Below are positions 41,315 through 50,911 of a stretch of 61,836 nucleotides of DNA, piece after piece; positions within the stretch are counted from its first letter, which is position 1, and every line of letters begins with the position of its first letter. Origin of the DNA: Methanothrix sp. GTDB lineage: Archaea; Halobacteriota; Methanosarcinia; Methanotrichales; Methanotrichaceae. Below the pieces are notes generated by a model. That model searched no databases. It saw nothing but the letters and a program-made list of their open reading frames with translations, and was not told where the DNA came from. The position numbers were made by a program, and so were the translations under genes. The stretch spans positions 1-61,836 of the forward strand of contig JAXDAR010000037.1 of assembly GCA_034679645.1 (NCBI GenBank), written 5' to 3'.

Positions 41315-41890
41315 TCACTGGCGGGAGAAGTACTTCTCAAAGACCGCGGCGATCTCCTCAGGCGTTTCCAGAATATAGACATCCTCAGTGCGGCGAAGCT
41401 TATCCACGTTTTCTGCATCCTCTTTTCTGATGCGCAGTCTCATCTCGCTGCCGTCGGGGAGGATGGTGGTCAGGATTCCGGGAGCATAGTCGCAGGGCAT
41501 GATGTAGGTGGGCACAAATGCCTTCTGGGACATGATGGCGGCATTGGAGAGAAGGGAGTCCGCCAGGCCGAGAGCGATCTTGGTCACAGTGTTCGAGGTG
41601 GTGGGGGCCAGGAGCAAAAACTCATCGCGCCTCACCTGCAGCTGGCCGGCGAGGAAGGGAGAATTGGAGTTGATCTCCACCCAGACCTTGTCGAAGTGCT
41701 TCTCCAGGGTATTGAAGAGCTTGTAGTACTTTATCACCTGCTCCCCGGCCTTGGAGACGAAGACCCTTACATCCACCACATCATCATACTGCTTTTGCAG
41801 CTCTATCATCGTCTCGACCGTCTCAGTGATGCGGTCGCCACTGCCCGTGATTCCCCAGGCGATCTTTCTCTTTGCCCCGTTAACTGCCAT
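41315..41890 (-). CDS. afpA: Archaeoflavoprotein AfpA
   Basis: IAWGITGSG, NSNSPFLAG and APTTSNTVTKIA motifs. Confidence 0.9.
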   Translation of the reverse strand: MAVNGAKRKIAWGITGSGDRITETVETMIELQKQYDDVVDVRVFVSKAGEQVIKYYKLFNTLEKHFDKVWVEINSNSPFLAGQLQVRRDEFLLLAPTTSNTVTKIALGLADSLLSNAAIMSQKAFVPTYIMPCDYAPGILTTILPDGSEMRLRIRKEDAENVDKLRRTEDVYILETPEEIAAVFEKYFSRQ

Positions 41891-41909
41891 TGCTTTTTCA
41901 CCCAGAATC

Positions 41910-42509
41910 CTATTCCCTGCTGTTCTTCAGCCATTCCAGTGTCTCAGCAAACCGGCGGGTGGTCTTTCTCAGGGAGCGGAAGCCCTCCTCATCCTTTTCT
42001 GCCTCTTCCAGAGTATCATGAGACCAGAAGGTAGCGCCGAGGTTGGCCCCGAAGAATCCCCCGCTCACCGGGATCATGCCGTTGAGAATGTAGAAGGTAT
42101 GGATCTGCTGCACTGCCAGCTCCTGGCCCCCCATGCGGTCCCCCCCGATGGCGATCGCCATGCCCGGCTTGTGCCGCAACGATTTGGGCTCCGCGGCCAG
42201 GGTGGCCCGGGTCCGGTCTATGGCGATCTTCAACTGGGCGCTCATGCCGCCGTTATAGACCGGGGTGGCCAGGACATAGCCTTCTGCCTCCCGGATGAGG
42301 GGGTAGAGCGGGTACATATCGTCCTTGATTATGCACTCCCTGTTCTTCAGGCAGTAGTCGCAGTGCCTGCAGGGGCTGATGTTCTTGCCCCGCATGGTGA
42401 ATAGACGGGTCTTGTAGCCCTTCTCCTCCAGCATATTGAGGGCCACGCCCAGGATATGCTCCGTGGCCATCTTGCGAGGGCTGCCGGATATGCCGAGAAT
42501 CATGATCAA
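41910..42509 (-). CDS. Iron-sulfur flavoprotein (Isf-like flavodoxin family)
   Basis: GSPR, CxxCxxC..C..DD, TPVY and GGQE motifs. Confidence 0.9.
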   Translation of the reverse strand: MIMILGISGSPRKMATEHILGVALNMLEEKGYKTRLFTMRGKNISPCRHCDYCLKNRECIIKDDMYPLYPLIREAEGYVLATPVYNGGMSAQLKIAIDRTRATLAAEPKSLRHKPGMAIAIGGDRMGGQELAVQQIHTFYILNGMIPVSGGFFGANLGATFWSHDTLEEAEKDEEGFRSLRKTTRRFAETLEWLKNSRE

Positions 42510-42580
42510 TTATTGGTGCTGATGATATTTCATACTTGCCAGGAGGGCCTCGCTCCCTGGAGAAAAGAGCAGAGGGGAAT

Positions 42581-42784
42581 TCAGAGCAGACCGCGATCCT
42601 CCAGGCGCAGGCGGATCATCTCATCCACCTCCGCCGGGCTGGTGGCAAAGACCTCCCGCAGGATCTCCTTTGCCGTCTCCAGTTCCCTGGCCTTTCTATC
42701 CAGATCGATTGAGAAGACTGCTTTCGGCTCCATTCCCGCCCTTCTATGCCGGGGCCACATCAACTGCTCGAGAACGCCTGCCAT
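42581..42784 (-). CDS. Small hypothetical protein
   Basis: 67-aa ORF with an SD-like GAGG and typical codon usage. Confidence 0.6.
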   Translation of the reverse strand: MAGVLEQLMWPRHRRAGMEPKAVFSIDLDRKARELETAKEILREVFATSPAEVDEMIRLRLEDRGLL

Positions 42785-43141
42785 GATCCCTCATTAGTGC
42801 GTGTAAGAATAAATACATTGCTGTTCAAAATGATATCTATAAATCTTTTTATTGATTTTTACAAGTATGTACAAGATACAAAAGCCGCCAATAAAATCCG
42901 CCCATAAATCCCCTTTCATAATAGCGAGAAGTATCATGAGGAGAGAAAAAGGATGGGCGTGCAGGACGAAAGTGATTTGCCCCGGTATCTGGGTGATAAA
43001 TCGGAATGCCTGGGCCCCACCACAAAGATGCAAAGACACAAAGAAAAATTCTCAGCCGTATATCGTCCATATAATTCAGCGAAGAGCATATATGATGTCA
43101 TCTATGACAGGTGACATATCCAAGAGTATGGGGGCAGGACG

Positions 43142-43621
43142 ATGATCAAGGGCAAGGCATGGATCTTTGGCGACGATGTGGACACGGATGTGATCATACC
43201 GGGAAAGTATCTGCGGACGCGGGACCGCCATCTCTGGGCGGAGCATGTCATGGAGGGCATAGACCCGCAGTTCGCATCGCGCGTCGGGAAAGGAGACATA
43301 ATTGTGGCCGGCGAGAACTTCGGCAGCGGCTCGTCCCGCGAGCAGGCCCCCGTGGCACTCAAGGAGGCGGGGGTGGCGGCAGTGGTGGCCCGCTCCTTTG
43401 CTCGCATATTCTACCGGAACGCTATCAACGTCGGCCTTCCCTTGATTGAGGCGGCTCCCCTATGCCAAGAGGGTGATCTGGTGGAGGTGGACCTTCAGGC
43501 GGGCACGGTGCGGGTGGGGGAGGAGGTCTATCAGGGCACCCGCCTTCCCGACTTTCTGATGGCCATCTTAAAAGACGGGGGGCTGGTGGCCCACCGGCGA
43601 CGGGAAAGAGGCCTGGACTGA
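43142..43621 (+). CDS. aksE: Homoaconitase / isopropylmalate isomerase small subunit, probably AksE/HacB
   Basis: [24 protein letters not shown] and FARIFYRN motifs. The YLRT loop matches methanogen homoaconitase. Confidence 0.8.
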   Translation: MIKGKAWIFGDDVDTDVIIPGKYLRTRDRHLWAEHVMEGIDPQFASRVGKGDIIVAGENFGSGSSREQAPVALKEAGVAAVVARSFARIFYRNAINVGLPLIEAAPLCQEGDLVEVDLQAGTVRVGEEVYQGTRLPDFLMAILKDGGLVAHRRRERGLD

Positions 43622-43622
43622 G

Positions 43623-44450
43623 ATGATCTTTCCGGAAAACTACAAATTCGTGGGCATAAAAGAGCGGCTGGAGAAGAGCGGCCCTATCTACTTTTCCACC
43701 CAGTATCTGATCAGCCGGGAGGGCCCCCGCCTCTATGCGGTGACGAGCAGCGGCTCGGGCTTCATGAGAGAGTTGGAAGAGATAGAGCTGATCGCCTGCG
43801 GAGAGGAGATCGTCTTTTATCCCCAGAGGGTGGACACCAGGAACAGAACCCTGCTGGTCGATCTGGCATATGAGATCACAAAAGAGGGCAAAGCGAAGGC
43901 TGTGGTCTTCCAGGGCCCTGACGAGCATATCACCTTTGTCAAAGATCCCGATCCCGGCCAGGTGCTGAGGATCGAGGTCCTGGATGTCTCCCCCCCGGAC
44001 CCGCCCTGGCTGGTATCCGCCCTGAGGGGGCTGGAGGAGTGCGGTGTGCTGGGGGACCTGATGGTGCGGTTTGTGCCCAGGGTCCTGAACCTGGAGAGGT
44101 TCCACTGCTCCTCGGTCTACTATCCCTGCCGGGCCGGGGGGCTGGGAAGGTCTCTGGACTGTGACATCGTGGTCCACGAAAGGCCGAGGATCGTGGGCTG
44201 CGAGGTCTCGCGGGAGATATTCCTGGCCAACAATCCGGGAAAGGAACACGAGTTCATCAATGTCTGTCCCCTGCACTGCCAGGAATTGGAGCTCGAGCCC
44301 CTGGGGCCGTTTATCACCCGCTGCTGCCGCTCGGAGCGGCGGGGGAGGACGAGCAAGTGCTGCCAGCCAGGCACTGTTGTGCATTGGGGAGACGGGCCCT
44401 GGGAGATAGCGGAGGCAGTAAGATGTCTGGTCAAAGATCTAAGAGGATAG
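43623..44450 (+). CDS. Cys-rich hypothetical protein
   Basis: MIFPENYK N-terminus; YPCRA, GCEVSRE, NVCP, RCCR and VVHWG segments. Confidence 0.8.
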   Translation: MIFPENYKFVGIKERLEKSGPIYFSTQYLISREGPRLYAVTSSGSGFMRELEEIELIACGEEIVFYPQRVDTRNRTLLVDLAYEITKEGKAKAVVFQGPDEHITFVKDPDPGQVLRIEVLDVSPPDPPWLVSALRGLEECGVLGDLMVRFVPRVLNLERFHCSSVYYPCRAGGLGRSLDCDIVVHERPRIVGCEVSREIFLANNPGKEHEFINVCPLHCQELELEPLGPFITRCCRSERRGRTSKCCQPGTVVHWGDGPWEIAEAVRCLVKDLRG

Positions 44451-45406
44451 CAGTGGTTGCCGGGGACGGCATCGGCCCGGAGGTAGTAGCCAGTGCTCTG
44501 GAGGTTTTAGAGGCAGCAGGAGCAAATCTGGATCTGGCCCCCTTCGAGATCGGCCTGGGCCGCTGGAAGAGGACGGGCGAGGCGATGGGCGAAGATGATC
44601 TGGAGGAGATAAAAGGCTGCGACTGCATTCTTTTTGGGGCGATCACCACCCCACCGGACCCCGGCTACCGGAGCGTCCTATTGCGGCTGCGACGGACTCT
44701 GGACCTTTATGCCAACATCCGGCCCTTCCAGTCCCAGGACCTGGATTTCATCATCGTGCGAGAGAACACCGAGGGGCTCTACTCCGGACGGGAAGAGGTG
44801 GGCGAGGAGGAGGCGCGCACCACCAGAGTGATAACCCGCAGCGGCTCAGAGCGGATCGCCGAGGCGGCCTGCGACCTAGCGGCGAAGCGGAGCCGTCTGA
44901 CCATCATCCACAAGTCCAATGTCCTGAAGAGCGACTGGCTCTTCTTGCAGACCTGCAGGAAGGTGGCGGAGAGGCGAGGCGTCCCCCATGACGATATGCT
45001 GGTCGATGCTGCCGCCTACAACCTGGTGACGAATCCTCAGAGGTTTGATGTGCTGGTCACCACCAACCTCTTCGGGGACATCCTGAGCGACGAGGCAGCG
45101 GGCGTCATCGGCAGCCTGGGCTTGTGTGCCAGCGCCAACATCGGCGCAGGATGCGCCTTGTTCGAGCCTATTCACGGCAGCGCTCCGGACATCGCCGGAA
45201 AGGGGATCGCCAACCCCATTGGGGCTATACGCAGTGCCGCCATGATGATGGAGTGGCTGGGCGATTCCCGCACCGCACGCCGGATCGAGGCGGCAGTGGG
45301 ACGGGCGCTGGCCGAGGGAATGAGGACGCCGGACCTGGGGGGCAGATTCTGCACCGCAGATGTAACAGCCGCAGTGGCGGGATATCTGAAGACAGAAGAG
45401 TGCTGA
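44423..45406 (+). CDS. aksF: Isocitrate/isopropylmalate-family dehydrogenase, probably AksF
   Basis: GDGIGPEV, RENTEGLY, NLFGDILSD and EPIHGSAPDIAG motifs; in the same operon as aksE. Confidence 0.7.
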   Translation: MSGQRSKRIAVVAGDGIGPEVVASALEVLEAAGANLDLAPFEIGLGRWKRTGEAMGEDDLEEIKGCDCILFGAITTPPDPGYRSVLLRLRRTLDLYANIRPFQSQDLDFIIVRENTEGLYSGREEVGEEEARTTRVITRSGSERIAEAACDLAAKRSRLTIIHKSNVLKSDWLFLQTCRKVAERRGVPHDDMLVDAAAYNLVTNPQRFDVLVTTNLFGDILSDEAAGVIGSLGLCASANIGAGCALFEPIHGSAPDIAGKGIANPIGAIRSAAMMMEWLGDSRTARRIEAAVGRALAEGMRTPDLGGRFCTADVTAAVAGYLKTEEC

Positions 45407-45693
45407 ATGGCTGGCCGGAAAAAGCGAAATAGAATTTGGATTTAAAAAAGTTTATTCAGGCTACTTTCTGCGCCTGGCAACGCGGGAAAACCAGCGGGAG
45501 AGGCACCAGGGGAGGCTGTTCTCCAGCCTTTTCCTGATCACTTCCGGGCTATCTCTTCTCTTCTTGGACTGCCTGCTAATATAATCCACTCCATGCCTAT
45601 ATCGATATCCTGGAGTTAATACCTGATGGTCAGGGAACGGAGGGGAACGGGGCAATGCACCATCCTCCTCCCCCAGCAATCCGATCCGCAGCA

Positions 45694-46926
45694 TCAGCAG
45701 ACCTTTTCCAGCTCCCTTACCATCTCCTCCGCCCTCCGTCTCACCTCCGCGGGATCGACGGGCACCCGGGCCACACCGCTCTTTATGGCCGCGCGCGCGA
45801 CCGCCTCCGCCACCGCGGGAACCACCCTCCGGTCCAGGGGGGAGGGGATGATGCACTCGCGGGTGGGCTCATCCACCAGCCCGGCTATGGCCCGGGAGGC
45901 GGCCATCTTCATCTCTTCGTTGATCTCCCTGGCCCGAACGTCCAGAGCACCGCGGAATATGCCCGGGAAGCCCAGGACATTGTTCACCTGATTGGGATAG
46001 TCGGAGCGACCGGTGGCCACCACCACTGCTCCTGCCTCCTGGGCCAGCTCGGGCATGATCTCCGGCTCGGGATTGGCCAGGGCAAAGACCACGGCATCGC
46101 TGCCCATGCTCCGCACCATCTCCTGAGTCAGGATGCCGGCCACAGAGAGGCCTAAGAAGACATCCGCACCGCGTATGGCGTCTTTCAGGCCGCCAGTGAC
46201 ATTGCGGGGATTGGTTATCCTAGCTATCTCCTTCTTGGAGGGATTCAGGTCCGGTCGATCTTTATGTATCACTCCTTTGCTGTCGCAGAGGATGACATCT
46301 TCTGCCCCAAAGCTCAAGAGGAATCGGGTGACTGCAACCCCTGCCGCCCCGGCTCCGCTCACGGCCACCTTCAGATCCGGGAAATTCTTTCCCACCAGAC
46401 GGAGGGCATTGATCAGCGCCGCCAGGGCCACCACCGCCGTGCCATGCTGATCATCGTGAAATACCGGTATGTTCAGGGCCTTCTTCAGCCTCTCCTCCAC
46501 CTCAAAACAGCGGGGAGCGCTGATATCCTCCAGGTTTATCCCCCCGAAGACCGGCTCGATCATGGCCACAGTCCTCACTATCTCATCCGGATCTTTGGAG
46601 GCTATAGCTATGGGAAAGGCATCTATCCCGGCGAAGTTCTTGAACAGTATTGCTTTGCCCTCCATCACCGGAATGGAGGCGAGAGCCCCGATATCGCCAA
46701 GGCCTAAAACCGCGGTCCCGTCCGTTACCACAGCCACCAGATTCCCCTTGGAGGTGTAGCGGTAGACGTCGTCTGGATTCCTCTCTATCTCGCGACAGGG
46801 TTCGGCGACGCCCGGAGTGTAGGCCAGGCTTAAGTCCCTGCTGGTGGCGCAGGGCACCTTGCTGTGCACGGAAATCTTTCCACGTAAGGCTTCATGAAAG
46901 GCCAATGCTTCTTCTCGAAGGGACAT
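45694..46926 (-). CDS. NAD(P)-dependent malic enzyme
   Basis: AYTPGVA, VMEGKA, NLEDI, FHDDQHGT and ANPEPE motifs. Confidence 0.95.
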   Translation of the reverse strand: MSLREEALAFHEALRGKISVHSKVPCATSRDLSLAYTPGVAEPCREIERNPDDVYRYTSKGNLVAVVTDGTAVLGLGDIGALASIPVMEGKAILFKNFAGIDAFPIAIASKDPDEIVRTVAMIEPVFGGINLEDISAPRCFEVEERLKKALNIPVFHDDQHGTAVVALAALINALRLVGKNFPDLKVAVSGAGAAGVAVTRFLLSFGAEDVILCDSKGVIHKDRPDLNPSKKEIARITNPRNVTGGLKDAIRGADVFLGLSVAGILTQEMVRSMGSDAVVFALANPEPEIMPELAQEAGAVVVATGRSDYPNQVNNVLGFPGIFRGALDVRAREINEEMKMAASRAIAGLVDEPTRECIIPSPLDRRVVPAVAEAVARAAIKSGVARVPVDPAEVRRRAEEMVRELEKVC

Positions 46927-46998
46927 AACATACTCCTAGAGGGAGGCATTCAAGAGAGCAACAGATATAAAGCATGGGCAAAAGGGAGTCTAACCTGG

Positions 46999-47149
46999 GC
47001 CGGGGTGGCAGAGCGGACAAATTCCGGGCGGCCTTATGTCGGCGGAAGTTCAAACGCGGCAGGCTCGAGACCTGTTGTCCCTTCCAGGGACACTTGGGTT
47101 CAAAATGACGGGTCGCAAGAGACCCGCCAGGAAAATCCCAACCCCGGCG
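46999..47149 (+). tRNA. tRNA-Ser(CGA) with two non-canonical introns (47021-47053 at position ~21/22 and 47105-47135 at ~59/60)
   Basis: GCCGGGG/CCCCGGC acceptor stem, GCAGG-CTCGAGA-CCTGT anticodon arm and TGTCCC/GGGACA variable arm. Removing two hairpin inserts restores the D-loop and TTCAAAT, giving an 87-nt tRNA. Confidence 0.9.
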
Positions 47150-47205
47150 CTAAAAAATAAGCAAAGTTTCAAATCAGAGTAATTGCGAGCAAAGAGCTGA
47201 TTGTC

Positions 47206-47355
47206 ATGGCTAGATTTCCAGAAGCAGAAAACAGAATATTGAACCTCAAGATATGCATGCGCTGCAATGCGCGAAACCCGGTAAAAGCGACCCGCTGCCG
47301 CAAATGCGGCTATGACGGCCTGAGGATGAAGTCCAAGGAGAATAAGACCGCATAG
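47206..47355 (+). CDS. rpl40e: 50S ribosomal protein L40e
   Basis: [45 protein letters not shown]. Below the ORF-track size cutoff. Confidence 0.97.
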   Translation: MARFPEAENRILNLKICMRCNARNPVKATRCRKCGYDGLRMKSKENKTA

Positions 47356-47362
47356 ATCTGAA

Positions 47363-48121
47363 ATGAATTTCGAGATGGGCAGAGTCGAGCTGCACCTGAG
47401 GGATGCCATAAAACGGCATGGAGCAGGCCACTTGACCCTTATAGATCCCGATTCCCAGAGCCCCCAGGAGGCAGGAAGGATGGCCCTGGCGGCCAGCCAG
47501 GGGGGGACGGACGCCATCATGGTGGGCGGCTCGATGGGAGCGACCGGCATACTGCTTCATGAGACCGTGGCCGAGATCAAGAGGGCAACTGGTCTTCCGG
47601 TCATCCTTTTCCCGGCAAGCGCAGCCGGGCTGTGCGAGAACGCCGATGCCGTCTTCTTCATGAGCCTGCTCAACAGCCGTTCTCCCAGCTATCTGATTGA
47701 GAACCAGGCCCTGGGAGCGCCGCTGGTGATGCGCTACCGCCTGGAGGCTCTGCCCATGGCCTATATCATCATCGAGCCCGGAGGGACAGTGGGCTATGTG
47801 GGCGATGCCCGCCTGATACCGAGAAAGAAGCCCGAGCTGGCTTTAGCTTATGCCCTGGCGGGAAAGTACCTGGGAATGAGGCTGGTCTACCTGGAGGCCG
47901 GCTCCGGTGCAGACGCTCCGGTGCCCGCGAGCATGGTGGCTCTGGCCAAGAGGCTGCTGGGCGATGTACTGATCATTGTGGGCGGTGGCATAAGAAGCGG
48001 TACAGCAGCGGCAGAGCTGGTGGCCGCAGGAGCCGATCTGATAGTGACGGGCACGGCGGTGGAGAAGAGCCAGGATGTGGCCTCTTTTATCACTGAACTG
48101 ACCTCATCCATTCGCAGGTAG
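47363..48121 (+). CDS. Geranylgeranylglyceryl phosphate synthase (group II)
   Basis: HLTLIDPD, MVGGS, SLLNS, YLEAGSGA and VGGGIR motifs. Confidence 0.95.
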   Translation: MNFEMGRVELHLRDAIKRHGAGHLTLIDPDSQSPQEAGRMALAASQGGTDAIMVGGSMGATGILLHETVAEIKRATGLPVILFPASAAGLCENADAVFFMSLLNSRSPSYLIENQALGAPLVMRYRLEALPMAYIIIEPGGTVGYVGDARLIPRKKPELALAYALAGKYLGMRLVYLEAGSGADAPVPASMVALAKRLLGDVLIIVGGGIRSGTAAAELVAAGADLIVTGTAVEKSQDVASFITELTSSIRR

Positions 48122-48128
48122 CCCCGAA

Positions 48129-49274
48129 ATGGCAGCGGATATTTTGAAGTCCATCGGATCGCCGGACATTGAAGGCTTTCTCTTTGTGGGAGATAGCATC
48201 TGCAATTCGGATATGTATTACCTCTCCCATTTTCTCGCCGGAGACAGGTTCGCCCTGCTCCTCCAGGAGAAGACCGCCATTCTCGTCTCCTCCATGGAAA
48301 AGGGCAGAGCGGAAAAGGAGTCTGATGCAGATGAGGTTGCCAGCACCAGGGATTACCATATCATGGAGAAGCTGAAAAGCTCCGCCAAGCCGGAGATGGC
48401 CTATCCAGAGGTGCTGAAGGATTTTTTGCGTGATCACGGCATATCCCGCCTGGGAGTGGCATACAGCTTCCCGGCAGGGATATTCCAGCTACTATCACCG
48501 CATTTCGACATCCAGATCCTGGAGAGCCCGGCCAGGAGGGCAAGGGCAAAAAAGAGCCTCCAGGAGATCGAGTGCATCGCCTCTGCTCAGAGGGCCTGCG
48601 AGAGGGCGATGGGACGGGCAGTGGATCTGATCGCCAGCTCCGAGCCCCGAGGGGATATCCTATACCATCAGGGCCAGCCCATCACCTCTGAGCAGGTGCG
48701 ATCAGCCATTGAGATCTCCCTTTTAGAGGATGGCTGCGAGGCGGCAGACACCATAGTCGCCGGTGGGGTGCAGGCTGCCGATCCCCATGCGCGTGGGACC
48801 GGGCCTCTGCCCGCCAACTCTCCCATTGTAATCGACATCTTTCCCCGCTCCAAAAGCCACCGCTACTATGCCGATATGACCCGCACCGTCCTGCGCGGAG
48901 AGGCCCCCCTTGAGGTGAAGGAGCTCTATGATGCCGTTTTTGCTGCCCAGGAGGTAGGAATCGGTGCCATTCGGGCAGGGATCTCGGGAGAGGAGGTCCA
49001 CTCCATCGTCTCCGCAGTCTTCTCCGATATGGGATATCCGGAGAAAGATGGCTGCGGTTTCACCCATTCCACCGGGCATGGCGTGGGCCTGGATGTGCAT
49101 GAGCTGCCTTCCCTAGGTGAAGGGGGAGAGATTTTAGAGACCTCCCAGGTGGTGACGGTGGAGCCGGGCCTGTACTATCCGGACATAGGCGGAGTACGCC
49201 TGGAGGATCTGCTGGTGGTGAGAGATAACGGATGCCAGAACCTCACCCGCTTCAGAAAAGATCTAGTCCTCTGA
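48129..49274 (+). CDS. Xaa-Pro peptidase (M24B)
   Basis: YYADMTRT, HSTGHGVGLDVHE, EPGLY and GGVRLED motifs. Confidence 0.93.
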   Translation: MAADILKSIGSPDIEGFLFVGDSICNSDMYYLSHFLAGDRFALLLQEKTAILVSSMEKGRAEKESDADEVASTRDYHIMEKLKSSAKPEMAYPEVLKDFLRDHGISRLGVAYSFPAGIFQLLSPHFDIQILESPARRARAKKSLQEIECIASAQRACERAMGRAVDLIASSEPRGDILYHQGQPITSEQVRSAIEISLLEDGCEAADTIVAGGVQAADPHARGTGPLPANSPIVIDIFPRSKSHRYYADMTRTVLRGEAPLEVKELYDAVFAAQEVGIGAIRAGISGEEVHSIVSAVFSDMGYPEKDGCGFTHSTGHGVGLDVHELPSLGEGGEILETSQVVTVEPGLYYPDIGGVRLEDLLVVRDNGCQNLTRFRKDLVL

Positions 49275-49344
49275 AAAGGAGCTTCAAGTACGAATATTAA
49301 ACGCCCATCCAGAATAGACAGAGGGTTTATAGCCGATTCGCCCT

Positions 49345-50238
49345 TTGGTGATGATGATGGACGCAGAAATTCTTGATAATTACCGCAAGGCCGGAAGGAT
49401 TCTGGCTCAGGTGCTAAAAGAGGCCCGGCCTAGGGTAGATATAGGGGTGCCCCTGCTGGAGGTGGCCCGATTCGTGGAGGATGCCATAAGGTCAAAAGGG
49501 GGCCAGCCGGCATTTCCCTGCAACATATCTTTGGACCGGAGCGCAGCTCATTATACCCCCTCGCCAAAGGACGAGAGCGTCTTTGGCGAGAACATGGTTA
49601 AGCTAGATGTGGGAGTGCACGTGGACGGCTACATCGCTGATGCCGCCATCACTATAGACCTCGGCGGCCACGATGATCTGGTCCTTGCCGCCCAGGCGGG
49701 ACTGGATGCCGCCCTGGAACTGGTTGGGCCGGGAATGAGCACTGCTGACATAGGCAGGGCGATAGAGGAGGCCATTGTCGGCTATGGGTATAAGCCGGTC
49801 TACAATCTGACCGGGCACGGACTCTCCCGCTACACCGCTCATGACCACCCCGCGGTGCCGAACAAGGGCATGGAAAAGGGGGTGACGCTCAAGGAGGGAG
49901 ATGTAATCGCCATTGAACCCTTTGCCACCAACGGCTCAGGGAGGATCAGCGAGGCACCCATTACCGAGATCTATGGCTTCTCCGGCTCCCGCCCCCAGAG
50001 GCTTCCCGCAGCCAGGGCCCTGATGAAAGAGATCGTGGACAATTACCAGACTCTTCCCTTCGCCAGACGATGGCTGACAGGAGATAGGGCGGAATACGCA
50101 TTGATGCAGCTTTTGCGTAGCGGTGCTGTGCACGGATACCCTGTCCTGTGGGAGGTCGAAGGAGCACTGGTATCCCAGGCAGAGCACACAGTGGTGATTC
50201 TGGAGAATGGATCTGAGGTCACCACCAGGACTCTTTGA
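49345..50238 (+). CDS. map: Methionine aminopeptidase type II
   Basis: AFPCN, AAHY, DVGVHVDGYIAD, NLTGH, AIEPF and QAEHT motifs. Confidence 0.96.
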   Translation: MVMMMDAEILDNYRKAGRILAQVLKEARPRVDIGVPLLEVARFVEDAIRSKGGQPAFPCNISLDRSAAHYTPSPKDESVFGENMVKLDVGVHVDGYIADAAITIDLGGHDDLVLAAQAGLDAALELVGPGMSTADIGRAIEEAIVGYGYKPVYNLTGHGLSRYTAHDHPAVPNKGMEKGVTLKEGDVIAIEPFATNGSGRISEAPITEIYGFSGSRPQRLPAARALMKEIVDNYQTLPFARRWLTGDRAEYALMQLLRSGAVHGYPVLWEVEGALVSQAEHTVVILENGSEVTTRTL

Positions 50239-50283
50239 AGAAGCTCGACGAGAAAAACAGAGCAAGACCGGATGAGTCAGGGC

Positions 50284-50895
50284 CTAATCGCCCTCCCCGG
50301 TATCCTCCGATCCGTCCTCATCTTTATAACTGTCATCGCCGATCATGGCCGCAGAGATGGCATCAATGCCGTCCAGCAGCTCAGCGGTCATGCAGTAGGG
50401 CAGCTCGCCGATCTCTGGAAGGCTCTCCCCTCCGATCACCCTCGCCCCCACCTGACTGAGCAGATCGAAGGCAAGATCCAGGTCCTCCTTCTCCTCTGCT
50501 GCCACCGCCCTGGCCACCAGCTCCCCAATGGGATTTTCCCGGTCGAAGCTTCCGGTGATATAGCGCTGACTGGAGACGAATACCGCCGCAAGGGAGGTTT
50601 TCAAGGACTCGATCATCAGATCGGCATCCTCTCCCAGGGATTCGTGTTCCTGGAAGACTATCGAACGGATGGCCTCGATCTCATCCAGGGCTTCTTCACT
50701 GCTTATGATCTCTCTTTCAGAGCGGGCGATAACCTTCAGACAGGCTAAAACCACATCGTCCATTATGTAGATGAAGACCGCTCCCGAGTTCTTTTCATCA
50801 GACTCTGTGAGCTTGAAGTTGCTTTCCTTCACCTTGTTCATCCAGTTTAACCACCGCTTCTGGGTGTAGAATTCTTCCTTCATTGTAGGACTCAT
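50284..50895 (-). CDS. DUF2150-family protein
   Basis: FYTQKRWLNW N-terminus, acidic composition. Confidence 0.8.
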   Translation of the reverse strand: MSPTMKEEFYTQKRWLNWMNKVKESNFKLTESDEKNSGAVFIYIMDDVVLACLKVIARSEREIISSEEALDEIEAIRSIVFQEHESLGEDADLMIESLKTSLAAVFVSSQRYITGSFDRENPIGELVARAVAAEEKEDLDLAFDLLSQVGARVIGGESLPEIGELPYCMTAELLDGIDAISAAMIGDDSYKDEDGSEDTGEGD

Positions 50896-50911
50896 CCTTT
50901 CTCTTAACTGT

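Noticed and set aside
45461-45856. 131-aa minus-strand ORF downstream of the malic enzyme
   Set aside because: Its 5' part overlaps the malic enzyme gene out of frame; only a short basic tail is plausible and nothing supports it.
46894-47550. ORFs spanning the tRNA/rpl40e region
   Set aside because: They overlap the intron-containing tRNA-Ser and rpl40e and show no protein signal.
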